Positions 26,101-37,861 of a DNA stretch of 64,000 nucleotides are shown piece by piece. The notes below the pieces were generated by a model. It saw only the letters and a program-made list of their open reading frames with translations, made no database searches and was not told the DNA's origin. The stretch is from Oikopleura dioica. Lineage: Eukaryota > Animalia > Chordata. The stretch's first letter is position 1; the number at the start of each line of letters is the position of its first letter. A program made the translations under genes and the position numbers. Location of the stretch: positions 1 to 64,000 of the forward strand of contig CAJRAX010000007.1 of assembly GCA_907165135.1 (NCBI GenBank), given 5' to 3'.

Positions 26101-29100
26101 TTGAACTGTTAATTATCTTAAAACGCCAAAAAACGCCTCAGAATTTTTTTTTAATTTTTGTTTTTATTTTTTTGAACTGTAAATCATCTGAAAACGCCGA
26201 AAAACGCATCAGAATTTTTCTTAATTTTTTTCGATTTTTTGAGCTGTAAATTATCTGAAAACGCCAAAAACGCATCAGAATTTTTTAAATTTTTTTATAT
26301 TTTTATGAACTGTAAATCATCTAAAAACGCCAAAAACGCATCAGAATTTTTATTGTTTTTTTTATTTTTATGAACTGTTAATCATCTGAAAACGCCAAAA
26401 ACGCATCAGAATTTTTTTAATTTTTTATTTTTATGAACTGTAAATCATCTGAAAACGCAAAAAAACGCATCAGAATTTCTTTTTATTTTTTTTTTTTATT
26501 TTTATGAACTGTAAATTATCTGAAAACGCCAAAAAACGTATCAGAATTTTTTTTAATTTTTTTTTAAATTTTTATGAACTGTTAATCATTTTAAAACGCC
26601 AAAAAACGCATCAGAATTTTTTTTATTTTTTTTTTATTTTTATGAACTGTAAATTATCTTAAAACGCCAAAAAACGCATCAGAATTTTTTTTAATTTTTT
26701 TTTTGTTTTTATGAACTGTAAATCATCTGAAAACGCCAAAAAACGCATTAGAATTTTTCTTAATTTTTTTTTATTTTTTTGAACTGTAAATCATCTGAAA
26801 ACGCCAAAAAACGCATCAGAATTTTTCTTAATTTTTTTCGATTTTTTTAAACTGTCAATTATCTGAAAACGCCAGAAAATGCATCAGAATTTTTATTAAT
26901 TTTTTTTTTATTTTTATGAATTGTAAATCATCTAATACGGCAAAAAACGCATCAGAATTTTTCTCCATTTTTTTTGTTATTTTTATGAACTGTAAATCAT
27001 CTGAAAACGCAAAACAACGCATCAGAATTTTGATTAATTTTTTTTTTATTTTTATGAACTGTAAATCATCTGAAAACGCCAAAAAACGCATCAGAATTTT
27101 GATTAATTTTTTTTTTATTTTTATGAACTGTAAATCATCTGAAAACGCCAAAAAACGCATCAGAATTTTTTTTAATTTTTTTTTTTTTGAACTGTAAATC
27201 ATCTGAAAATGCCAAAAAACGCATCAGAATTTTTCTTAATTTTTTCGATTTTTTTGAACTGTAAATCATCTGAAAACGCCAAAAAACGCATCAGAATTTT
27301 TCTTAATTTTTTTATTTTTTTGAACTGTAAATCATCTGAAAATGCCAAAAACGCATCAGAAATTTTCTTAATTTTTTCGATTTTTTGAACTGTAAATTAT
27401 CTGAAAACGCCAAGAAACGCATAAGAATTTTTTTAATTTTTTTTATTTTTATGAACTGTAAATCATCTGAAAACGCCAAAAACGCATCAGAATTTTTCTT
27501 TATTTTTTTGATTTTTGAACTGTTAATTATCATAAAACGCCAAAAAACGCATCAGAATTTTTTTTTAATTACTGTTTTTATTTTTTTGAACTGTAAATCA
27601 TCTGAAAACGCCGAAAAACGCATCAGAATTTTTCTTTATTTTTTCGATTTTTTGAGCTGTAAATTATCTGAAAACGCCAAAAACGCATCAGAATTTTTTT
27701 AATTTTTTATATTTTTATGAACTGTAAATCATCTAAAAACGCCAAAAACGCATCAGAATTTTTATTGTTTTTTTTTATTTTTATGAACTGTTAATCATCT
27801 AAAAACGCCAAAAACGCATCAGAATTTTTTTTTTTTTTTATTTTTATGAACTGTAAATTATCTGAAAACGCCAAAAACGCATCAGAATTTTTTTAATTTT
27901 TTTATTTTTATGAACTGTAAATCATCTAAAAACGCCAAAAACGCATCAGAATTTTTCTTAATTTTTTCGATTTTTTGAACTGTAAATCATCTGAGAACGC
28001 CAAAAACGCATCAGAATTTTTTAATTTTTTTATTTTTATGAACTGTAAATCATCTGAAAACGCCAATAAACGCATCAGAATTTTTTTTTATTTTTTTATT
28101 TTTATGAACTGTAAATCATCTGAAAACGCCAAAAACGCATCAGAATTTTTTAATTTTTTTTATTTTTATGAACTGTAAATTATTTGAAAACGCCAAAAAC
28201 GCATCAGAATTTTTTTAATTTTTTTATTTTTATGAACTGTAAATCATCTAAAAACGCCAAAAACGCATCAGAATTTTTCTTAATTTTTTCGATTTTTTAA
28301 ACTGTCAATTATCTGAAAACGCCAAAAATGCATCAGAATTTTTATTAATTTTTTTATTTTTATGAATTGTAAATCATCTAATACGGCAAAAACGCATCAG
28401 AATTTTTCTCAATTTTTTATTATTTTTATGAACTGTAAATCATCTGAAAACGCAAAACAACGCATCAGAATTTTGATTAATTTTTTTATTTTTATGAACT
28501 GTAAATCATCTGAAAACGCCAAAAACGCATCAGAATTTTTTTAATTTTTTTATATTTTTATGAACTGTAAATCATCTAAAAACGCCAAAAAACGCATCAG
28601 AATTTTTATTGTTTTTTTTATTTTTATGAACTGTTAATCATCTAAAAACGCCAAAAAACGCATCAGAATTTTTTTATTTTTTTTTTTATTTTTATGAACT
28701 GTAAATTATCTGAAAACGCCAAAAAACGCATCAGAATTTTTTTTAATTTTTTTTTATTTTTATGAACTGTAAATCATCTAAAAACGCCAAAAAACGCATC
28801 AGAATTTTTCTTAATTTTTTTCGATTTTTTTGAACTGTAAATCATCTGAGAACGCCAAAAAACGCATCAGAATTTTTTTTAATTTTTTATTTTTATGAAC
28901 TGTAAATCATCTGAAAACGCCAATAAACGCATCAGAATTTTTTTATTTTTTTATTTTTATGAACTGTAAATCATCTGAAAACGCCAAAAACGCATCAGAA
29001 TTTTTTTAATTTTTTTTATTTTTATGAACTGTAAATTATTTGAAAACGCCAAAAACGCATCAGAATTTTTTTAATTTTTTATTTTTATGAACTGTAAATC

Positions 29101-29873
29101 ATCTAAAAACGCCAAAAACGCATCAGAATTTTTCTTAATTTTTTCGATTTTTTAAACTGTCAATTATCTGAAAACGCCAAAAATGCATCAGAATTTTTAT
29201 TAATTTTTTTATTTTTATGAATTGTAAATCATCTAATACGGCAAAAACGCATCAGAATTTTTCTCAATTTTTTATTATTTTTATGAACTGTAAATCATCT
29301 GAAAACGCAAAACAACGCATCAGAATTTTGATTAATTTTTTATTTTTATGAACTGTAAATCATCTGAAAACGCCAAAAACGCATCAGAATTTTTTTAATT
29401 TTTTTATTTTTATGAACTGTAAATCATCTGAAAACGCCAAAAACGCATCAGAATTTTTCTTAATTTTTTATTTTTTGAACTGTAAATCATCTGAAAATGC
29501 CAAAAACGCATCAGAATTTTTCTTAATTTTTTCGATTTTTTTGAACTGTAAATCATCTGAAAACGCCAAAAACGAATCAGAATTTTTCTTAATTTTTTTA
29601 TTTTTTGAACTGTAAATCATCTGGAAATGCCAAAAACGCATCAGAAAGTTTCTTCATTTTTTTCGATTTTTTTGAACTGTAAATTATCTGAAAACGCCAA
29701 GAAACGCATAAGAATTTTTTTTTATTTTTTTTTTTTATTTTTATGAACTGTAAATCATCTGAAAACGCCAAAAAACGCATCAGAATTTTTCTTTATTTTT
29801 TTTGATTTTTGAACTGTTAATTATCATAAAACGCCAAAAAACGCATCAGAATTTTTTTTCAATTTTTGTTTTC
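23186..29873. repeat. Satellite array, block 2
   Basis: Same monomer; variants cgccaagaaacgc, cgccgaaaaacgc and ctaatacggc. Confidence 0.97.
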
Positions 29874-30826
29874 ATCGCAGAGATGACATTTTCGTGTGCA
29901 AGTTCCTCTGCATTCGTTTGTCGGATGATTGAAAAGTCCACATTTCTGGCAGAATTCTCTTCTTTCGCGTCCGCTTGGTTCAATCTGGTTGCGCATGAAT
30001 TTCGATGCTGTTTGAAGGTGTTCAATTTGTTCTTGGCTTCTTTTCTCGCTATTTTTGTGATTAACCGTTACTTTTTAATTTCAGAGATCTCGTCTCTTAA
30101 ATTAGAGAATTGACGGCTAATCTGGCTTGTAAGTTCTTCAATTTGATTACGGAGAATGTCCTCTGTGATCGAAACCGCATGGATTTCGACTTTCTTCTTG
30201 TACTTCTCTCTTTTGTCTAAAAAGGCCGCTTTCTCCTTGATTTCGCAGTTGTTCTTGTCGTGATCCAGAAGAAACCGTTTGATTTCTGGCGAGATATTAG
30301 AATTGAACGTTTTTTTGATAAAATATTCCTTAAGGTCAGACTTATTGTCGCTTGCTTTTTCCGCAAGGTATTCAATTCTGTCATAAAAGCGGGCAAAGGT
30401 TTCTTCATCATTTGCCCAACGGGAAATCTCTTGTAGTTTCTTTTCTGCTTCTCGTGCTTCTTCTTTTGGTGAGACGGTTCCGATAATTTGTTCAAGAAGG
30501 CGAAAAAAATCCGTTGAGCCTGTGACTCTCTCAAGTTCGTCAGAGTAGCGCTTACGGAAGTCATCTGAAAGGAGTTGGATGCAAAGATCTTTTCTTACCG
30601 CTTTAAATTCGTTCCTGAAGGTTGTCATTTCTGGTTCTTTGATTTCGTGTATTTTGATCGATCGTTCCCAGATTATTTTCATGCGGTCGTTTTTTCTGTT
30701 GAATGCGGTTTTGACAGTGCTCAATTCTCTTTTTGTAGTTTTTGCTGTTATCTTCATTGGCACTGTGTAATTCTCTTCGAAATCTTCCAGAAGTTCAATG
30801 GGGTGTCTCATCGTGTGGGTCGCCAT
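29874..30826 (-). pseudogene. gag: E1 second gag copy, truncated before the zinc knuckles
   Basis: First 252 aa identical to ORF 37852-38862. The early stop comes from a T5 vs T6 run near 30072; the sequence breaks into satellite at 29874. Confidence 0.9.
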
Positions 30827-31258
30827 GATATGTTTTCCTGCTTATGCTTTTCTTTTTGCAATTTTACTGACTCCAAACAATTACTTTGCTAGAGATTGTG
30901 TGTATTGAAAAGAGTCCTTTTTACAGGTGATACAGGGCTTAAATAGGATAAAGATTTTTTGCGCCATCTGATGTCGTTTTCCGTGAAATTGTCGCTCGCA
31001 CTGCTTGGCTCGGCATAACCAGCTGCGAAAAACCTCTGTTTCGCAGGTTTCTGGAACATCAGATTGCATGGTTCGGCGGTTTCTTTACAGGTTGATTTTA
31101 CGGATTTCGCATGTTTCTTGTCGGATAAGGTCGATAAGCGGATAAGGAGTAACAGGTGATTTGCGGTTTAGTGGAAAGGAGACGATCTCGGTCGGTCGAT
31201 ATTGCTGGTGCTGAAATTCAAAAGACAATTTTTGAGGTTACTTATGCATATCGTGTCA
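30826..31258 (-). repeat. E1 shared (3') LTR, 433 bp, with an 83-bp U3 deletion
   Basis: Matches 38862-39378 (TGACACG...CATATCA) except that 39205-39287 is missing, plus a few small differences. Confidence 0.9.
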
Positions 31259-31280
31259 ACGGTCGGTTCGCGGCGGGTTT

Positions 31281-33232
31281 TTACAGGGTGTCGTTTGCAC
31301 GGTTTGATCTTGGTTCGCTGAAATGTCCGATTTCCACCTCCTTCTGCTTTTTCATCTTTTTCTTGCTCAATTTGCAGAAGGCGTACAGGAAGATCGCTAC
31401 TGTTACAATAGACGAAAGGGTTCCGAGTGTTCCTATAATTGGTGTGATAAATGTCCGTAGGAGCTCGTTTTTTGCTGTTTCCGCGGCTTTGCTCGATTCC
31501 GATTTTGCAGTTCTAGCCATGAGTTCCAGAGTCGTCAGATTCATCTCCAGCATGGTGTTTCCCATCGTTTTTACTTTCTGTAGATTTCTTTTCTTTTGTA
31601 TCTTTTCTTTCGCTATTCTTTTGTTCATAACTTCCATTTCGTCGTCTTGGATCGTGCGCATTCGTATTTGAAGAGGTTTGATGTATGTCAGAGATGTTGT
31701 AATTGTCTCTCCAATTCCAGGGATGAGCGGGCTGATTCTGAGAATCTGAGGTCCACAATTAAGTGCTCCTGAGAATTTTGTTCTTCTGAAGCTGTCGATT
31801 TTTCCAACTTTCTCGCTTGGATGTTGATGAAAATATTGGCAAATGCTGTCTTCCCTCATACTCACGTAGGCATTTGAGGCGTCTTCGAAGTATCCACACT
31901 TTCGATTGTCAATTTCCTGTATGGCGCAATACTTCGTCGAATTCCCCATGAGAATTGATTCAGCACATTGGTTCGGAGCAAGGGATACTGCAGAGCAGCT
32001 GTATGATGCGGAAAATCGTAGGCAGCTGTCTGGTTGCATAGCAAGTACTTCTTTGCTTGGCATCATAACCAGGTGTTTCGGCACTTCTATCATCCATCGA
32101 GATCCGTCGCTTTTAAAGTAGCCGAGATTGTATGCTGTGAATTTTCTGGCGATGAGTTTCATTCTTGGAATTTCAACTTTGATCGAAATGACGATTTGGT
32201 TGATTTCGAGGTCGTTCTTGTCTTGTTTTTCCCATCCTTGTGCATCCATGTTGTGAGGCCCAACCCTCGAAAACGAAGTGCGGTGTCCCAGCGCGTGCTG
32301 TGGAACGCGTAGCTATTGCAAAATCGTTCGGCTTCTTCTTCTGGAACATTTTGGTACACAATACATTGGGCTTTTATCGCGTCGAGGAAGACAGGATTTA
32401 GCGGGAGACGATGATTTGTGAGTGTCAGGATTGATTCGATCACATCTTTTCCCATCTGTGCGCTTTGCTGGGCGAAATATTGGTTTATGTCTGCGTTTGA
32501 TCCTTCCAAAATGCGAGCAACGGCTTTTGCGTCATTTGGAATTGTCAGGCCGCCATAAGAAACAATTGGTTTCTTCGATTTCCGGATAACTTTGATGGCT
32601 TCATCAAGTTTGGAGTTGACGGTTTCGACTACATCTTCCAGCGCGCTAATTCTTTCTCTCTCGATTTCAATTTCCTCCGCCAGCATTGCATCACGTTGCC
32701 TTGATTTTGCATCGACGTAGAGTGTGTAGCCGCATGTGCCAGCGATGACTATTCCTCCGGCGACAACGGCAGATCGACGATTTCGGCGTTTTTTCGTTTT
32801 TTGCTGCTCGGCTAGCCATTCTTCATATGTTGGTGCATTCAGGACTTTGTCTATTCGGTGGTAACTCTCTTGGTACGATGTAGATATATTGTATTTTTCA
32901 GTCATGACTAGGTCCTGACCCATGAAAGATAGAATAACTTCATCGAAGGTCCTGAATCCCAATAGACAGTCTTCTACGCTCTCTTTGTCCGTTTCGTTTT
33001 GGCCGAAGAAGTTGTTTTTCTTGTCGTCTTTTAAGTAGGTTTCTCCGCAATCGGCGTTGAGGGCTTTTCTGAATTTTGCTCGCGGGCTGTCGAGAAGAAT
33101 GTTGACGTTGATAGGAATGGCTCCGTCGGAAACCCATATCGGCTCGTTCTCTTGAAAAAGTATACCATTTGAATGGTCGAAGATGTAATCGTTGGCGAAG
33201 GCGAAATGCAGAAAGATTGCTAAATTTCTCAT
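31281..33232 (-). CDS. env: E1 Env-like class I fusion glycoprotein (~650 aa; 1-nt frameshift in a run near 32228)
   Basis: ATG plus hydrophobic signal (MRNLAIFLHFAFA), furin-type RRNRR/S at 32771-32788, Gly/Val-rich fusion-peptide-like segment, heptad repeat, Cys-rich region, second heptad, TM (FITPIIGTLGTLSSIVTVAIFLYAFC) and basic tail. ORFs 32159-33232 and 31281-32249 overlap in different frames. Confidence 0.85.
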
Positions 33233-33459
33233 TGCTGGTTTTTCTGGTGATTTCTTGACTTTTCTCCTTATTTATACTGTTGGTTGGGGGCAGTGTTTCT
33301 TGGCGCTGTTTCTGGTGCTATTGAGCTGTCCAGCTGTTTTCACGGTTGGATTATGGCCGTCACGCGCAGGTGAATAATTTCGGATTTTTTGGGTTGAAAG
33401 GCAAGGTTGATTGATTGTGTGATGATTATCGTCAGCCGGCCTATTTTGTCGAATCTTCT

Positions 33460-33567
33460 GGTATTTACAAAAGAGACGATTATTGCTAGAAAAGAGACGA
33501 TTCTAGCCATAAAAAAGTCCCTTTTAAGCAAGAAGGTGACTCTTTTAGTAGAAAAAGAGACGATCTC
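33460..33567 (-). promoter_or_regulatory. U3-derived 108-bp module upstream of env (candidate internal promoter/enhancer)
   Basis: Roughly 89% identical by hand count to LTR segment 39202-39309; contains repeated AAGAGACGA motifs. Confidence 0.6.
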
Positions 33568-33581
33568 CTCACTCTCGGTTT

Positions 33582-36500
33582 TTACTTGAAGTCGGATGGC
33601 TCGATGATGAGGTTTCCTGATGGAGTTGTTTTGAATTTCCCAGGATATTTTTGTTTCGCTTTTCTGGTAATTTCTTCAATAATCATTATCTTCGATTTGT
33701 TTTCTGAGTTTATTTGCAAAGAAAGGTGCTTAGCGAAAACGTTTAGCTCGATAACGGTCAATTCCGATATTAAAAATCGTTTGTTAATATTTAAGCACGT
33801 ATATTTGGTTATAAAATCACCGTTTTCGTCCTTTTCCCAATTAGGGTGATTTTTGCGTATCCATTCATTGATTTTGTCTATCTTCTGTTTTCTAACATTG
33901 ACGAGTCCTTTTAACACGCTTGTTTTGAATTCGATTCCATTTGTTTCCATGAATTTTGACAAGGCTTTATCGTGCAGGTCTTTTATGCGGTAAATGACGG
34001 GTGAAACAATTTTTCGTGGTTCTTGCTGATTTTCGGCGGAATTTTGCAAGATGTTTTCTATTTCGCTATCACTGCTATCCGTCGAAAATTCATATCGATT
34101 TTCCATGTTCTTTTTTGCCGTTTTCTGATTTTCTGGCGTGTCTTCTGATTCCGATTCCGAATTTGAAGAATTAGATGAGTTTTCCGGAGATTGGAACGCT
34201 GTGACATTTTTTGTGGGCGGACATCGACTTTCGTTTTCAAAAAGATGTTCCGCTTCTGAAACGCTCGATTCTGTGTAAGTGTTTTGTTCGATACGATTCC
34301 CAAGTATTTCTTCATTGATTTCGGTTGTTTCCTGAGGTGTTTCCAATTGTTGTTGCCTAAAAAAGTATCTTCGTTTTTTCGCCTTTTTTTTTGTTTTTTC
34401 GGCAAGTCCTGGCTCATTTCCTCTTGGGCCGGCTTTTTAGGAGCAAATACTGAGTTTTCTCGCTTTTTAAAAATTTTTAATTGGCTTATGTGCCTAGTTG
34501 TGATATGTCCGGTTTCCAATGATTTAATAAGAAAACTCAACCCCTGTGGTCGAATTTCAGTAATCGTAAAGGGTCCATCGTATTTCGCGCCTTTTTTAAG
34601 AATATTCGGTTGTTTTACAAGAACAAGATCGCCAACACAAAATTCATGAATATTCTCCTCTTTTGTTGATTTTTCTCGTCGATTTTCGTGCTCACTTTGA
34701 ATTTTGTTTTTGATTTCTTTAAAATCACAAATTTGGCGCTCTTGAATATTCCTGTAGACATCTGACGGATTTGTTCCAGAAAACCCTGTTTCGATCTGAA
34801 ATGGTGAGAGTTTCGTTACTGAATGCGCTGCACTGTTTATTTGATGAATTATGCGCGGAAGATGCGCGTCCCAATTTTCAAATTCGCAAATGAGTCGGAG
34901 CCTTGATTTGATCGTTCTATTTCTGTTTTCACATTCGCCATTTGTTGCTGGATGGTATGCTGGGGATAGATGAACCTTAATATTTTTATTCTTGCAAAAC
35001 TCTCTGACGCTCGAAAATTCTGTTCCATTATCCATAAGTATACTCTGCGGGAGGTGTGGATTTCTCAACCAATCTTTAAGTGCTGCTTTGAGAACTTCGG
35101 GCGCTGATTTTGTTTGAAGCGGCTGCGCGTTTACTTTCTTGCTAAATAGATCAGTGGATACACAAATATACCGATTATTATCGTCAGTAACTGGCAGCGG
35201 CCCTATGAGATCAATTGAAAATTTTTCGAATGGCTGTCCAGGTGGAATCACGTTTCCTAGAAGTGCGTAGAGCGGGTTATTTATCGGCTTGTTTTTCTGG
35301 CAAGCTTCGCATGTGTTGATATATTCCTTTGTTAGTTTTCGCAGCTTCGGATGAAAGTATTTTTTCTCGATCTCAGCAAGAGTCTGGGAAATTCCGGGAT
35401 GTCCTGAATTATCGTGGTATTCCTGAAAAATGTCTGATATCAAAATTTCCGGTGGAACGACTCTGAAATTTGTAAGTTTAACTCCTAATTCTGAATTTGT
35501 TCCAAAGCAGAGTTTTTCACGCCATTTTTTGAAATCGTCGATTTTTTTGCACGAATTATGAGGCCACCTGTTGATCTTCGTAAACCTGATGATTTCGCTC
35601 AAGATTGGGTCCATTTTTTGCAGGTGACACATTTCTGTTGCGCTGACCATTTTGACGGGTGCGCAGATTTTGTTTCTTGAAAGGCAATCTGAAATTACCA
35701 TTTGTTTTGATGGTTTTAGCACCGTGACGAAATTGAAATCTGCTATTTCTGCAAGCCATCTTGCAATCTTCATTTTTTGCGGTTTTACTTTATGTGCCCA
35801 GTTAACGCAACTATTATCGGTAAACCATGTGAATTCTCGCCCGAGGAGATAATGGCTGAATTTTTCCATCGTCTTTTTCCCAGCTAATAATTCTTTTTCA
35901 CTTATGTTGTAATTTAGCTGTGCCTGATCAAATCGCATGGAGAAGAAGGCGACAGGAGTGAAGTTTTCTTGGCTATTTTTTGAGTAAAGAAGGACGCTTC
36001 CGGCTCCTGTTTCACTTGCATCTGTTTCGATTGCGAATCTACCGATGTTTGGGTTAGGAATTTTTAATGAGTTGACAAGGCTGCAAATTTCGTCTTTTAG
36101 GTTTTTAAGCGCTTTTGACGCATCCTCAGTCCATTTGAATGTTTTGCCCATTGCATTGGCGATGGGTGCAGCTTTAATTGCAAAATTTGGAATGTAGGCT
36201 CTAAAATAATTGAGCAAGCCGTAAATACTTGAAGCTTCTTTTTTCGATGATGGGCAGCACAAATCTCTTACTGCAGCTGTCTTTTCAGGGTTCGGCTGCC
36301 GTTTTCCATTGCTAATAACCGCTCCACAGAATTTTACCTTTTTCATAAGAAATTCGCTTTTTGCCGCTCTTATCTTCAAATTGTTACGTTTAAGAATTTT
36401 AAAAACCTTTTCGATTGTTTCCAAATTTTTTTCGTAGGATTTTGAATGGATGCAAATGTCATCGAGGTAGATTGCGAGTTCAGATTTGGGAATCGCTGAA

Positions 36501-37860
36501 AAAACCTTATCCATCATTTGCTGGAAGACAGCAGGTGCATTTTTTCCTCCCATTGGCATGGCTGTCCAGGTAAATTGGCCAAAATCCGTCGTAATTGCCA
36601 CCTTTTGTTTTGTCGCTTCGTCGCATGGAATCTGGTGGAAGCCGGTGAAGAGGTCGGTTGTAGAGAAAATATTTGAATCCGCCATAGTATCGATAAGTCC
36701 TTCAATTTCGGGCAGTGGATAGCAATTCGCAATTGTAACTGAATTTAATTTTCTATAATCGCAAACCAATCGCCATTTTCCATTCGGTTTTTTGACAAGA
36801 AGTACCGGCGCCGCCCATGGACTGGAGATTGGTTCCAAGAGTCCTGAATTTAGATTACCGTCGATAATTTTCTTCATTTCGTTTCGCAGATAATATGGAG
36901 TTTTGTATCGCTGAGAGGCCACAGGTGCTGCATCGCCTGTGTTGATTGAATAATGCAAGGCATCCGTTGTGCCTAGTTTCTCGTTTTCAACTGCAAAAAC
37001 CTCGAGATTTTCTCCAACATATTGCTTGAATTTTCTAAAAATGTGATTTGGTACGTCACCGATTCGAAGTTCTTCGATGACTTTTTCTAATTTGCCGGTT
37101 TCGGGGATCCCTACGCTGACTTCGGCGATTCGGCATATGACTGCGTTTCGATTGATCATGACCGGTAATGCTGAGTTGTTGCCTACTTGAATTTTGACAG
37201 TTGTATCGAATCTGTTGATTTGTACGCATTGAGGGTAAATTTCTAAATCTTTATTTTTGACAATCTGTTCAGGAATAGCGTAAACAATGTTTGATGGGAC
37301 GTCATCTAAAAATATGTCGATATACGATGTTGTTTTTGGTGGGAGGGAAATTTTTCTTGGAAGTTTTCCTTGTGTAGAGAAAAAATTTTTCTTTTCAATC
37401 ACTTTTATTTTACATGAATTTTCTCCTTCTCCTGTAAAAATTTCCGCGATTTTGTCGTTTCGAGAGATTGTGCGATTTTTTGTGTCGATGATTATTCCGC
37501 ATTCTTCTATTTCAGGGGTCCCAAGAATTGGCGTGCAATGATTTTCGACAACTTGGAATATACAGTTTTTGAGTACTATTTTACCAATTTTCAAATTTGC
37601 AGAAATTGCTCCAAAAGAGCGTATTCCTGTGCCATCGTAAGATTGGAGTTGAATATTTGATGGGGTGATTTTTGATCGCATTTCCGGAGGTATGAGTTTT
37701 TCTGGCAGAAGAGAGCATTGTGCGCCAGTATCTATTTGAATGGTGAAATGTTGACCGAACAGTTGGCCATTTGCAAGAAGTTTGGGCCCGATGTGGCGGA
37801 TTGCCGCAACAGACCCGTGGGCTTTTTGTGCCGATTCAAAAAGCCCACCCATTAATTTTT
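33582..37860 (-). CDS. pol: E1 Pol: protease, RT, RNase H, integrase, acidic linker and tandem HeH-like module (frameshift in A9 run near 34390)
   Basis: IDTGA protease; WAAP...CDYRKLN and YLDD RT; ETDAS RNase H; H-H-C-C, IDLIG/MDNG/ECEN DDE and KYDGPF integrase. ORF 33582-34346 has only a TTG start and continues upstream as KAKKRRYFFRQQQ, so it is the Pol C-terminus. Confidence 0.93.
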
Positions 37861-37861
37861 T
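37817..37861 (-). other. E1 gag-pol -1 ribosomal frameshift signal
   Basis: A AAA AAT heptamer (37855-37861) at the gag stop, 6-nt spacer, 12-bp stem GTGGGCTTTTTG/CAAAAAGCCCAC (37817-37848); pol is in the -1 frame. Confidence 0.8.

Noticed and set aside
33582-34346. Independent ORF3 between pol and env in E1
   Set aside because: No ATG; the frame continues upstream to an A9 run and the homologous region is fused to Pol in E2.
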